Source: Nitrospinaceae bacterium (GTDB lineage: Bacteria; Nitrospinota; Nitrospinia; Nitrospinales; Nitrospinaceae). Taken from it: a stretch of 64,000 nucleotides of DNA. Positions 1-9,735 of the stretch are shown here, in pieces. Location: assembly GCA_024644405.1 (NCBI GenBank), contig JAHELC010000001.1, positions 8,854-72,853 of the forward strand. Direction: 5' to 3'. The notes below the pieces were generated by a model, which made no database searches, was not told where the DNA came from, and was given only the letters and a program-made list of their open reading frames with translations. Made by a program: the position numbers and the translations under genes. The first letter of the stretch is position 1. Every line of letters starts with the position of its first letter.

Positions 1-1
1 C

Positions 2-124
2 CGCGTCGACAACATGCCCTACGGCGGGGTGAAGGATTCCGGGTTCGGCCGGGAGGGTCTGAAATACAGTATCGAGGAAATGACGGAAATCAAACTTCTG
101 GTCATGAATCACTATCTGGATTAA
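2..124 (+). CDS. Aldehyde dehydrogenase family protein, C-terminal fragment (5' part outside window)
   Basis: Frame 2 reads [40 protein letters not shown], then TAA at 122-124. PYGGxKxSGxGRE is the conserved C-terminal ALDH-superfamily motif. It is absent from the ORF track because it has no start codon in the window. Confidence 0.75.
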   Translation, partial: RVDNMPYGGVKDSGFGREGLKYSIEEMTEIKLLVMNHYLD

Positions 125-147
125 CTTCAAACGAGCGACTTTCTATC

Positions 148-567
148 ATGACCGACAATTCACGTTTTATCGACAACGGCAACGGAACCATTACCGATTC
201 CAAAACCAATTTGATATGGAAAAAAACCGACTCCTTCCAGGACACCAATAAGTGGAAGAACTGGTTCACCGGCCACGAGTACATGCAAATTGTGAATCTG
301 GAACGGTTCGGCGGGGCTGACGACTGGCGGTTTCCCCATGAGGAAGAGGCCTACAGCCTGTTCGAACTGGAAAAAACCAACCAGGACAAGTACGGGGACG
401 ACATCTACCTCGATCCCATTTTCGAGGCGGGAAGCGCCGGGGTCACCTGGACGGAAGACACCAAGGATTCCTCAGCCCTGATTATTCAATACGAAGACGG
501 GATGAAAGTCTGGCCCTCCCAATATGCCAACCTGAACATGGCAGTCCGCCTGGTGCGCAATCTCTAA
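148..567 (+). CDS. DUF1566 (Lcl C-terminal-like) domain protein
   Basis: 139-aa ORF. 'FIDNGNGTITDSKTNLIWKK' and 'DDWRFPHEEE' resemble the DNGDGTVTD-TGLMW and W-R-L-P signatures of DUF1566 proteins. Confidence 0.65.
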   Translation: MTDNSRFIDNGNGTITDSKTNLIWKKTDSFQDTNKWKNWFTGHEYMQIVNLERFGGADDWRFPHEEEAYSLFELEKTNQDKYGDDIYLDPIFEAGSAGVTWTEDTKDSSALIIQYEDGMKVWPSQYANLNMAVRLVRNL

Positions 568-574
568 ACCGGGT

Positions 575-2209
575 TCACGGGTTCGACAACCGGGAAGAAG
601 GATAGATGACCCGGAAGGAAGTCTCTGCTGGACCCAGATATTCGTAGCCGGGTTGTACGACAAACCGCATGGGGGTCCATGGAGATTCCAAAGGTTTTGA
701 CTTTTGTGGATGGGTCCTCAACACTCTCACCTCAAGAATCAGCTCTCTGTTTTCGGGTAAAACGTACCGGCCTTGCGCAGTTGTTTCGAGATCGATCTTG
801 AATGCTCCGTTGGGTTCCTTGGAGCCGATGGATTCCCCATGAGAGAAAACCTTCGCTCGGGGAGTGGTCACCGAAAGCTGCCATTGATAGCGTGTTTCAA
901 ATCCGCGGGCATAGGCGGTCAAGGCCACCGGATCCAGAAACTGAATCTTTGCTTTTCCTTCCTCCCGGTAAAACTGCAGATGAGTCAATGACCATTGTGC
1001 CTGGTCTCCTTCAAACACTTGCCCTCCCATGCGGCGGCAACGGGCCTCACGCAGGACCTTCGCCAGTTGGATGCGCCGGGTCACCAATAGGCTTTTTCTC
1101 AAGTCCAGAGCCCCCGGGTGGTTCAGATAGCAACTGGCGATGGCGAGTTGCAAATCGGCTTCAACGGAAATTTTTTGATCAACGGCATGGCGCAATGCCT
1201 CCACCATTTTTTTTTCAAGGGGGTTATCGAGAAAACGGCTTTGTTCCCGCACCAGCCGGATCACCTCCGGCCAATTCTGCCGGGCTAGCGCCCCTTCAAA
1301 ATCTTTCTCTATGAGTGAAGCATAGTCCCCTTCTCCCCGCTCGAAATAGTCCTTCGTCTTGAAAACATGGTCTTTTAAAAACTGATAGCGTTTTGGATGC
1401 GTGTATTGGAAATAGGGATAATGAATGTATGCGGCTACCGAATTGGCAAAATCCTCCTGCGGATTTTCCCTCGAATAGGTGGGGAGATGCCGCAAAGAAA
1501 CGGGTCCGTAATTGAGAACGCCGGGATCACTCATCAGGGTGTACAAAAAATCACTGTCCGCTTTCCCGTCGAGTGCCGGCAGATGGAGGATACGAAAGCC
1601 GGATAATTTCAACCATTCGTTCTGGAAGGTCAAAAATCCATGGCTCAGATCAAACACATGCCCCATTTCATGATGCACGATGTTGTCGAAATCCTCTTCA
1701 CTTTCATAAAACAGGGCGTTGTAAAACTCAATGCGGAGCGGTTCGTCCGTAAACACCACCTGGTAACTTTGGTGGGCCTGCCGGTAGACCGAGGTAAACC
1801 GGGGAAACGTGGCGGCGGGGATTCCCGATGCATCAGGGACATCCTGCGCACCCTGCTCATTGTTTTTGATTTGTAATCGGGAGGCGCGGTAAAATCCTTT
1901 CAAGCCCTCGATACGATAAAAATTTTCAGGCAGGCGGGAAAACGCGTTGTGCAACCGTTCAATCTCTTCAGGCCGCCACCTTTCGTCCAGATCCATCAAT
2001 TCATACCCGAAGTTCGACTTGAATTTTTCCTTGAGGCGGCTGACTTCTTCCCCATAATTCCCGGGGTAAACGAATAGAGGCCGTTTCCCTTTCTGATGCT
2101 CCTCCCCTACTGCTCCCAAATGGCTGGCACGAACCGCGCTTTCTCCAACTAGTGAAATGACCCCAACTGCCAGCAAAACCAAAACCATCCCAAAGTATTT
2201 ATGCTTCAT
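575..2209 (-). CDS. Secreted hypothetical protein with HExxH zinc-metallopeptidase motif
   Basis: 544-aa ORF with a signal-like N-terminus, MKHKYFGMVLVLLAVGVISLVG. 'IVHHEMGHVFD' is an HExxH motif. 'NPQEDFANSVAAY' about 70 aa downstream could supply a Glu ligand. I recognise no motif in the C-terminal ~250 aa. Confidence 0.6.
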   Translation of the reverse strand: MKHKYFGMVLVLLAVGVISLVGESAVRASHLGAVGEEHQKGKRPLFVYPGNYGEEVSRLKEKFKSNFGYELMDLDERWRPEEIERLHNAFSRLPENFYRIEGLKGFYRASRLQIKNNEQGAQDVPDASGIPAATFPRFTSVYRQAHQSYQVVFTDEPLRIEFYNALFYESEEDFDNIVHHEMGHVFDLSHGFLTFQNEWLKLSGFRILHLPALDGKADSDFLYTLMSDPGVLNYGPVSLRHLPTYSRENPQEDFANSVAAYIHYPYFQYTHPKRYQFLKDHVFKTKDYFERGEGDYASLIEKDFEGALARQNWPEVIRLVREQSRFLDNPLEKKMVEALRHAVDQKISVEADLQLAIASCYLNHPGALDLRKSLLVTRRIQLAKVLREARCRRMGGQVFEGDQAQWSLTHLQFYREEGKAKIQFLDPVALTAYARGFETRYQWQLSVTTPRAKVFSHGESIGSKEPNGAFKIDLETTAQGRYVLPENRELILEVRVLRTHPQKSKPLESPWTPMRFVVQPGYEYLGPAETSFRVIYPSSRLSNP

Positions 2210-2297
2210 TCAGGAACCTTTCCTTTCAATAAATAATGTCTCCCCTTCAAAGTAGCAAATTTGGGGGATGGACCACAAACAAAATAAATAACTTAAT

Positions 2298-4388
2298 TTA
2301 CTGGAAAGGAGGGCTCCAGCTTAAAGAGATCCCCGCAAACAGGTTGAACGGTGGCGCCGGCTCAAAATACCTCCCGCCGGCGGCATTGATACGGGTATTG
2401 GCATTGTAGCTTTCATCCAGCATATTATTGACTCCCATAAATACAGAACCCCGAATCGAGCCCCATCGTTTTTCCATTCCCAGATTCAGCCGTACGTTGG
2501 TGTAAGCGGAGTTATCAACCGTGTTTTCATTGTTCACATAAAACCGGCTGACATGTTCGGCCAGCACACTTCCAAACCATCCCTGGGGATGCCGGTATTC
2601 GATTTGGCCGACCGCCCGGTGGAGGGGTATTCCCGGCAGGCGGTTCCCATTGAAATCCATCCCGCTCACCACAAACTCCTGAAATTCAAAATCCGAGTAA
2701 GTGTAAGACACCGTTCCCTGCCAGTTTTTAAGGAGACGCCACCGGAGCCAGGCTTCCACCCCCTTGCGCTCGGAGGTCCCTGAATTGCGGAAAAACGTGC
2801 GTCCGGGAAAAGCCGCCAGTTCAAAGGGAGTGATCTCATCTTCGGTGCGAATATAAAACAAGGCCAACTCGTATTCGATGCCGGGGTTGCCTTTAAGTCC
2901 CAGCTCCATGCTGTAAGAGGTTTGGGGTTTGAGAATTGGATTGAATCCCCCGGTCCCAGAAGGATTGTTGATCAATTCGGTGGTGGTCGGAGTTTCAAAA
3001 ACCGTGGACCCGTTCAGATAAATCCTGTGCTCCGGGGTCAGATGATACAACGCACCCAAAGTGCCACTGCCCTGATTCAGGGTTTGAGCTCCCGACTGGT
3101 CTCCGTCGGCCACAAACGCATCATCCACCCGGTAATGAATCCGGTCATACCGCGCTCCGGCAGTGAGCTCCCAATCGTCCGAGAGCACCAGTTCATCCCG
3201 AAAATATATTCCCAGACTGTCGACAGTTTCCCGTTGATTCAGCGTCTCGGCTCCCTTTAGACCGGTGTTATTGTCGAACCGCTGCCGGTCGTCATTCTGG
3301 TAGAGAAAGTCCAGGCCTGCGATCCATCGGTTGGATTTGGAGAACAGGGAATGGTTATTGATATACTTCAAGGCAGCTCCGGGCGCCCAGCGTTCAAACT
3401 CCACCTGTCCGCCGGAAACGAACGGCAATCGATTGGAAAAATCCCGATGGATCAAATGAGCGGTAAACGTCAGGTCCTGCTTCGTCCCGAGAGGTTTCCG
3501 CCAACGCCAACCCAGCAATTCCTGGTCGACTTCCTCGCCCACATCAAACAGCACATTCTGGGGATGAGCCTGGCGCGGATTGATCGCGGCCTGGGACCCG
3601 GTCAACCCTCCAGGATCTTCGGCCCGGGGAGAATACAATTTCTGGAACGTCCATTGGGTGTCGGAGCCCGATTCTGCCTGCCAGTTGAACTTGGTTTGAA
3701 ACAACAGGTTTTCGGTCACGTTATGTTCCCGGTAACCATTCAATTCCAGACGCGACCCGAACACCCGATAATCGGAAGTCGGGGTACGCCCGCCCAGTTT
3801 GATCTGGGTCTTCAACAAACCGAATGAACCGGTCACTCCCTTCAATTCAAAGTCAAACGGACCGCTAGGGCCATCCTCTGTAAAGATGGAGATCACACCT
3901 CCAGAAGCGTTTCCGTAGAGCGAGGCTGAAGGACCACGAAGTACTTCGATATGGTCGATGATTCCGGGATCGACGGCATCCAATTGGCTGATCCCATCCG
4001 GCAGGGTCTGGGGAATGTCGTCCACCAGGATTTTGATCCCGCGAATGCCAAAGGGCGAGCGTGCCCCGAACCCGCGAATCGATATCCGCAGGTCTTGCGC
4101 GAAATTATAGGGGTTTTGGGTAAACAGGCCCGGTACGGTGGACAGGGATTCATCCAACGTGATTGCCGGCTGGCCGGGAGGGACATCTTCTTTGGTAATC
4201 AGGGAAACCGCATTGGGAATATTTTGAACGGGCCGGGCAGAGCGGGTTGCCGTCACCTCGATGGGCTCCAGAACTTCAACTTGACTGTTCTGCGAACCCT
4301 GGGATCCCACGCCAGGCACTACGGCACCCCATTCCAGGATCAGGATAATGGGCAGGCAACCCAAAACCCGGGGCAGGCAGGCCGTCAT
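2298..4388 (-). CDS. TonB-dependent outer-membrane receptor
   Basis: 696 aa with a signal peptide. Plug-domain motifs are 'VTATRSARPVQNIPNAVSLITKEDV' and 'IEVLRGPSASLYGNASGGVISIFT'. A long beta-barrel-like region rich in alternating aromatic/Gly residues follows. Confidence 0.9.
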   Translation of the reverse strand: MTACLPRVLGCLPIILILEWGAVVPGVGSQGSQNSQVEVLEPIEVTATRSARPVQNIPNAVSLITKEDVPPGQPAITLDESLSTVPGLFTQNPYNFAQDLRISIRGFGARSPFGIRGIKILVDDIPQTLPDGISQLDAVDPGIIDHIEVLRGPSASLYGNASGGVISIFTEDGPSGPFDFELKGVTGSFGLLKTQIKLGGRTPTSDYRVFGSRLELNGYREHNVTENLLFQTKFNWQAESGSDTQWTFQKLYSPRAEDPGGLTGSQAAINPRQAHPQNVLFDVGEEVDQELLGWRWRKPLGTKQDLTFTAHLIHRDFSNRLPFVSGGQVEFERWAPGAALKYINNHSLFSKSNRWIAGLDFLYQNDDRQRFDNNTGLKGAETLNQRETVDSLGIYFRDELVLSDDWELTAGARYDRIHYRVDDAFVADGDQSGAQTLNQGSGTLGALYHLTPEHRIYLNGSTVFETPTTTELINNPSGTGGFNPILKPQTSYSMELGLKGNPGIEYELALFYIRTEDEITPFELAAFPGRTFFRNSGTSERKGVEAWLRWRLLKNWQGTVSYTYSDFEFQEFVVSGMDFNGNRLPGIPLHRAVGQIEYRHPQGWFGSVLAEHVSRFYVNNENTVDNSAYTNVRLNLGMEKRWGSIRGSVFMGVNNMLDESYNANTRINAAGGRYFEPAPPFNLFAGISLSWSPPFQ

Positions 4389-4401
4389 TCTCTGAGGGAT
4401 G

Positions 4402-4776
4402 TTATTTTGAATTCTGGTCCAGGATATTCAAAATCGATTTCAGCTCCTGGGTGGCTTTCTTTTTCCAGTCCGCAAGCGCTTCCCGGTCGAAACCAAAATC
4501 CATCTGGGTACCGTCATTATTGGATTTTTTTTGCTTCAGCTTTTTTTTGGCGCCGGCGATGGTGAATTTATCCGCATACAGCAATTGCTTGATTTCCAGA
4601 ACCTGATCGATGTCTTTCTTCTGATACAATCGCTGGCCCGAACGGTTTTTATTGGGCTTGAGAACATCAAACTCATCCTCCCAATAACGGAGGACATGTT
4701 GTTCCACCTCCGCAATTTCGGCCACTTCACCTATTTTGAAAAACAGCTTATCCGGAATGGGTTGTTTCATAATCAT
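4402..4776 (-). CDS. MerR family transcriptional regulator
   Basis: The N-terminal HTH '[24 protein letters not shown]' is MerR-type. The gene lies directly downstream of the IHF/HU gene and overlaps its stop by about 23-29 nt. Confidence 0.85.
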   Translation of the reverse strand: MIMKQPIPDKLFFKIGEVAEIAEVEQHVLRYWEDEFDVLKPNKNRSGQRLYQKKDIDQVLEIKQLLYADKFTIAGAKKKLKQKKSNNDGTQMDFGFDREALADWKKKATQELKSILNILDQNSK

Positions 4777-5083
4777 TACTGTTGGTTGAGTCCAGTAAAT
4801 GTTTGCTGGGCTTGAATGTTAAAACCCGTCGGGGCTTGATGATAATCGGTTCACCCGTTCTGGGGTTCCTCGCATTCCGAGCTTTCTTATCTCTCAAATT
4901 AAAACTGGCAAAGCCGACGATACGGACGTTTTCACCCTTGCTCAATACCGCCTTGATTTCATCCAGAACAACATCCACCGCCGAAGCGGCTTCCTGCCGG
5001 GTAAAACCGACCCGTTCATAAACCCGGTCGACAATATCCGATTTCACTATAGTACCTAGTTCTGATCCTTTTGTCATAAGCAC
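4748..5083 (-). CDS. ihfA: Integration host factor alpha / HU-family DNA-binding protein
   Basis: '[40 protein letters not shown]' is the IHF/HU beta-arm signature. The IHF gene followed by merR is a common arrangement. Confidence 0.75.
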   Translation of the reverse strand: MLMTKGSELGTIVKSDIVDRVYERVGFTRQEAASAVDVVLDEIKAVLSKGENVRIVGFASFNLRDKKARNARNPRTGEPIIIKPRRVLTFKPSKHLLDSTNSNDYETTHSG

Positions 5084-5097
5084 CTCGACAAAAAAAG

Positions 5098-7185
5098 TTA
5101 TTCTTCCTCTTTTGATCCCTTCTTAGCCTCTTCAACGATTTTCGAAGTCAGGTGTTCGGGTACGACGTCGTAATGATCAAACTCCATAACGAAAACTCCT
5201 CGACCGCTGGTCAATGCACGAAGTTCTTGAGCGTAATTCAAAATCGATGACATTGGAACATGAGCGCGAATATTCTGATTGTCATCGTTGGCATCGACAC
5301 CCAGGATTTTACCACGCTTGGCGTTCAGATCTCCAATCACATCCCCGACAAACTCACTGGGAACAATCACCTCCAGGGTTATGATCGGTTCCAGAAGAAT
5401 CGGTTTGCAATCCAGAACTCCCTTTTTGAATCCGATGGACCCGGCTATCTTGAAAGCCATTTCCGAAGAATCCACATCGTGAAAGGAGCCGTCGTACAAG
5501 GCCACTTTCACGTCGACCATGGGAAAATTGGCCAGAACACCATGGGCCATGGCCTCCTGCACGCCCTTTTCCACCGCCGGGATATATGTTTTGGGGATGG
5601 CGCCGCCCACAATCCGGTTTTCAAATTCAAAACCGCGTCCACGGGGCAACGGCGATATTTCCAGCCAGGTGTCACCAAATTGACCGCGACCGCCGGATTG
5701 TTTTTTGTGCTTGCCCTGCACTTTGGTTTTGCCGCGAATGGTTTCACGGTAAGGCACTTTGGGAGGTTTCACGTCAACCTCCACCCCGAACCGCCGCTTC
5801 AGGCGTTCGATAATCACATCGAGGTGCTCCGCGCCCATGCCGGAGACCAGGAGCTCGTGGGTCTGGGCATCCCTTTCTACTTTCAAGGTCGGATCCTCCT
5901 CGACCAGGCGGTTAAGAGAGTTGCTGATTTTTTCCTCATCCGTCCTGGTCTTGGGCACCATGGCACGCGCCAGCACCGGGTTGGGAAAAACGATGGGTTC
6001 GAATTGCACGCCTTTGCTCTTGGTGGTCAGCGTATCTCCGGTCGTGGTGACCTTGAGCTTGGCGACGGTTCCCATATCCCCGGCAATGATTTCAGGGAGC
6101 GGGACCTGCTTCTTCCCCTGCAGGGCAAACAACTGTCCTACCCGTTCGTCGGTTTCGTGATTGGCATTGAATACCGACGTATCCGGTTTCACCGAACCGG
6201 AATAAACGCGAAACAGAGTCAACTTGCCTGCATAGGGATCGGCGATGGTTTTAAAGACGAGACTGGCAAACATTCCGTTGCCCGGCTTCACTTCAATGGC
6301 GTCATCACCACCCAGGGCTTGTGCGAGTTGAGCCGGGCTTTGATCGGGCGAGGGCAAATAATCGATGATCGCCTTCGCCAACCGGTCGGTTCCAATGTTA
6401 TGAAGCGCGGAACCCAGGATTACCGGAACCAGCTGGCCGCTTTCCACACCCTTTTTGAGACCGGTGTCAAACTCCTCATCGGTCAATTCACCCTTATCCA
6501 GATAGGACTCAATCAACTCGTCATCCGCTTCGGCAACCGCCTCGACCAACTCGGCGCGACGGGTTTCCACTTCGTCTTTGACTGCGTCAGGGATGTCGGA
6601 AGCGGTGCCAGACCCCTTGCCATCTTTTTCATACGCAAAATATTTGTTTTCGACCAAGTCGACAATTCCCGAAAAATTTTCAGCACTGCCAACGGGAACA
6701 TGCATCAGAAAAGGCTGGGCATTGAATTTCTTTTTTAAGGAGGTCAGAATGGATTGAATGGAAGCCTGTTCGCTGTCCATTTTATTGATAAAAACAATTC
6801 GCTTGAGAGACCTTTCATCCGCCCATTGCCAAACTTTTTCAGTGTAAAACTGAATTCCTTCGTCTGCGGCGATAACCACCACCACACCGTCGGAAACACG
6901 GATACAACCCGGTGTGTCCGCAATGAAGTTCCCGTTGCCGGGGGTATCCAGAATATTGAGTTTGTGTTTTTGCCATTCGCTGACGGCGAATGAGGCGTTG
7001 ATGGAATGACCGCGCCGGACCTCATCTGGGTCGTAATCCATAATGGATGAATTGTCACCTACTTTTCCCAGACGGTCGGAAACTCCTGACAAATACAACA
7101 GACCTTCCACCACGGAAGTTTTTCCCGCACCGGCATGGCCGACGAATGCAACGTTCCTGATCTGCTCAACTTTGTACGATTTCAT
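5098..7185 (-). CDS. Elongation factor G-like GTPase (EF-G paralog, not the str-operon fusA)
   Basis: 695 aa. G1 is 'VGHAGAGKTS', G3 is 'DTPGNGNF' and G4 is 'NKMD'. EF-G domains II-V are recognisable ('YRETI', 'GQFG', 'GSFHDVDSSEMAFK'). There are no rpsL/rpsG/tuf neighbours. Confidence 0.85.
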   Translation of the reverse strand: MKSYKVEQIRNVAFVGHAGAGKTSVVEGLLYLSGVSDRLGKVGDNSSIMDYDPDEVRRGHSINASFAVSEWQKHKLNILDTPGNGNFIADTPGCIRVSDGVVVVIAADEGIQFYTEKVWQWADERSLKRIVFINKMDSEQASIQSILTSLKKKFNAQPFLMHVPVGSAENFSGIVDLVENKYFAYEKDGKGSGTASDIPDAVKDEVETRRAELVEAVAEADDELIESYLDKGELTDEEFDTGLKKGVESGQLVPVILGSALHNIGTDRLAKAIIDYLPSPDQSPAQLAQALGGDDAIEVKPGNGMFASLVFKTIADPYAGKLTLFRVYSGSVKPDTSVFNANHETDERVGQLFALQGKKQVPLPEIIAGDMGTVAKLKVTTTGDTLTTKSKGVQFEPIVFPNPVLARAMVPKTRTDEEKISNSLNRLVEEDPTLKVERDAQTHELLVSGMGAEHLDVIIERLKRRFGVEVDVKPPKVPYRETIRGKTKVQGKHKKQSGGRGQFGDTWLEISPLPRGRGFEFENRIVGGAIPKTYIPAVEKGVQEAMAHGVLANFPMVDVKVALYDGSFHDVDSSEMAFKIAGSIGFKKGVLDCKPILLEPIITLEVIVPSEFVGDVIGDLNAKRGKILGVDANDDNQNIRAHVPMSSILNYAQELRALTSGRGVFVMEFDHYDVVPEHLTSKIVEEAKKGSKEEE

Positions 7186-7338
7186 GCTTCTCCCCCTATC
7201 AGGCGGATTTTACAAAAAACCTGTGCATTCCAACAAGCGCAATAATACCAATTTAAAGAGCTGTATTTAACTTAAATCTTTAAACGTGTACATGTACAAA
7301 GAGATTTTAACTGGCGTTCCCCAAAATCCCAGCAGGAA

Positions 7339-9732
7339 TCAACATAAAATTGATTCCAAACGCTTCATTTTTTGGAAAACCGTACCATAAAAAGACGGAT
7401 AAAGTCGAAAAAGCTGGTTCAACTCCTGAATACTGATACCCACGGCCAATACCTGATCCGTATGAGCGATAGCCCGATCCGCTAATGGGACATGCTTCCA
7501 GTCTGGAATTTGCCCCATAATATCGCCACTTGACAGAAAAGCAATGTTTTTTGTGCCCTGCGGGCAGATTTTTACTTCCCCGGAAATGATGATGAAGACC
7601 TGCTCATCGTTCAAAACTTTGGCAAAAATAGGATCCTTTTTTTTCCAAAGACGCAGGTCCCCGAAACCCAGGGATGCGATCAGACCGGGACGTATTATGC
7701 TATTGAAATAATTGCCCAATTGATAAAATTCATCAATAATTCTCGGCAGGCTGGATTGGGTATAGAATTTTTTGGGAATTTTCAGAAGAGTCAGGTCCGA
7801 CAAGGCTTTGACGGTCGCCCGGCGGTGAGGGTTGGAGGTGGAAACAGCCAATTCCCCGAAAAACATCCCTTTCTCATAAACGACTGAATGGTTTTTATTA
7901 ATACCAATTTCCGCGAATCCGTCCAAAATCACGAAAAACTCATTTCCAATTTCATTTTTTGAAAAAACGACCGCTCCGGGTTTCAGTTTCTGGATTTTGG
8001 ATTGTTCCACAATTTTTGCCAGGTGGGATTTTTTAACGCCTTTGAACAAAACCACATCTTTGACCATATCCAGCTTGGTCCGAAGCTTGGGCTTCCTGCT
8101 TTTGATCAATACATCCGTTTTGCCTTCACGAGCAAACCGGAAATAAGGATGTTTGAACGGTTCCTTATGTTGGTGAACAAGCACTACTTTTTTGGCGAGA
8201 GAAGAATTAATGTGAGTCAGTGAAGCCAGTTCGGTGTGCAGGTTGCCTCCCCCCACTTCCTGAATAATCAAATCGGCATCCCAGACAAATCCTAAAATGC
8301 TGTCCCGCCGCTTTTGAGAAAAATTCCCCATTTCCCACCACCGATAGGTCAAATCCTCATCGTATTTGGTGTCTCCGGAATGACTGATTGCTATTTCGTT
8401 CCCTGCAGGCGGGCGATAAATCACCTTGAATCGCCCGGCGGGTATAGAATGCAGGGAGTAATCAAACAGCAGAAAAGTATTTTTGAAACCGGGCAGCTTG
8501 ATTTCACGGCCTGCCTCGACCTCCAGCAAATCGACAAATTCTTCGATCACTTCCTTGGGAAACCGGCTGATGCCTTGCACCTTCCTCAGAAAACTTTCAA
8601 AAATAATCCTCGTCGTGATTAATTTAATACGTTGACCCGAAAGAATTTTTTCGATCAAACCGGAGTCGTGATCGGAATGAACGTGCGATAGAATAATATA
8701 GTTGATATCCTTATCCGTAATCCCGTATTTCAAAGTGGACTCATTGTGCTCGTTGAAGGCATCCACCATAATGCCCTTGCCCTCCGACCAGACAATCAGG
8801 CAACTGTTTTTCCGTTTGTGCGAAAACCCTGAACCCACACCTAGATAGGTAACTCCCATGAAGGGTTTTTTCAACGGCGTCACGACTTCCGGCTTGGGAG
8901 GCAGGTCAGACTTCAACATATTGACAGAAAATTTGCGCCGGCCCGGGTGATGAATATCGAACTCTGCGGGTCGTACTTGGACAATCTTCAACGATTTCCC
9001 TTTATTGGCTGCATCTGTTATCGTGACCGCATTCTGTTTATTGAATATTTGAAAATCGATCAATGAGCCGATAAATTCATCATGGTTTTTTTCTTTGGCA
9101 ATGGAAAACAGTTCCATCTCTTTTTTTAACTGGGCGCAGGTAATATAGTTCCGGGCAAAGAGCGAAGCCGTTCGGGCATTGGTTTTATTCATCAACCATT
9201 GCTTGCCACGGATCAGGGTTTCAAAATATCCCCTGATCTCGGATTGAATCTGGCGGTCGGACGTGTTGTATTTGAGAAGGCGGTTGTACAGATCCAGCGG
9301 TTTTTTACTTTCCGCAACATGGTCCAAAAACAGTTCGTAACGCTTCGATTCCGTATTCGTAAACCCGCTTTCCCGGCCAAACCGGCGAAATTGAGCATGA
9401 ATCAGATTCCGGAAAACCGGGCCAAACAAGGTTTCCTGGAGAATGGATTTCAACCGGTCTCTCTGGTCGGCGGTACAGTAGACCTCGATCTTTTCGTGGG
9501 AGGGACGGGCAAAGAGAAACGTATAGACAATAAACTCGAAATCGAAGTTATTTTTTCCCTGAACAAAGGTTCTAATGGGCAGTACATATTTGGAGGGAAG
9601 CGCTTCGGACCGCCTGCTGAAATCCTTGACAATTCCCGGAGGGCATCCGAAGCAAATCGGATCGAATCCCTTGATCTCCAATACCCGAAAATTATACCCC
9701 CTGTATATGCTGTACCCTTTAGGATTTGCCAT
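7339..9732 (-). CDS. Large multidomain protein: unknown N-terminal domain + MBL-fold hydrolase + two cyclic-nucleotide-binding-like domains
   Basis: 797 aa. 'ILSHVHSDHDSG' is the HxHxDH metallo-beta-lactamase motif. 'FFGELAVSTSNPHRRATV' is a canonical cNMP phosphate-binding cassette. The second CAP-like domain has a degenerate cassette. I recognise no motif in the first ~290 aa. Confidence 0.7.
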   Translation of the reverse strand: MANPKGYSIYRGYNFRVLEIKGFDPICFGCPPGIVKDFSRRSEALPSKYVLPIRTFVQGKNNFDFEFIVYTFLFARPSHEKIEVYCTADQRDRLKSILQETLFGPVFRNLIHAQFRRFGRESGFTNTESKRYELFLDHVAESKKPLDLYNRLLKYNTSDRQIQSEIRGYFETLIRGKQWLMNKTNARTASLFARNYITCAQLKKEMELFSIAKEKNHDEFIGSLIDFQIFNKQNAVTITDAANKGKSLKIVQVRPAEFDIHHPGRRKFSVNMLKSDLPPKPEVVTPLKKPFMGVTYLGVGSGFSHKRKNSCLIVWSEGKGIMVDAFNEHNESTLKYGITDKDINYIILSHVHSDHDSGLIEKILSGQRIKLITTRIIFESFLRKVQGISRFPKEVIEEFVDLLEVEAGREIKLPGFKNTFLLFDYSLHSIPAGRFKVIYRPPAGNEIAISHSGDTKYDEDLTYRWWEMGNFSQKRRDSILGFVWDADLIIQEVGGGNLHTELASLTHINSSLAKKVVLVHQHKEPFKHPYFRFAREGKTDVLIKSRKPKLRTKLDMVKDVVLFKGVKKSHLAKIVEQSKIQKLKPGAVVFSKNEIGNEFFVILDGFAEIGINKNHSVVYEKGMFFGELAVSTSNPHRRATVKALSDLTLLKIPKKFYTQSSLPRIIDEFYQLGNYFNSIIRPGLIASLGFGDLRLWKKKDPIFAKVLNDEQVFIIISGEVKICPQGTKNIAFLSSGDIMGQIPDWKHVPLADRAIAHTDQVLAVGISIQELNQLFRLYPSFYGTVFQKMKRLESILC

Positions 9733-9735
9733 AAT

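Noticed and set aside
5260-6738. 492-aa plus-strand ORF
   Set aside because: It is antisense to the EF-G-like gene, whose GTPase and EF-G motifs are unambiguous. The ORF has no motifs and a low-complexity composition.
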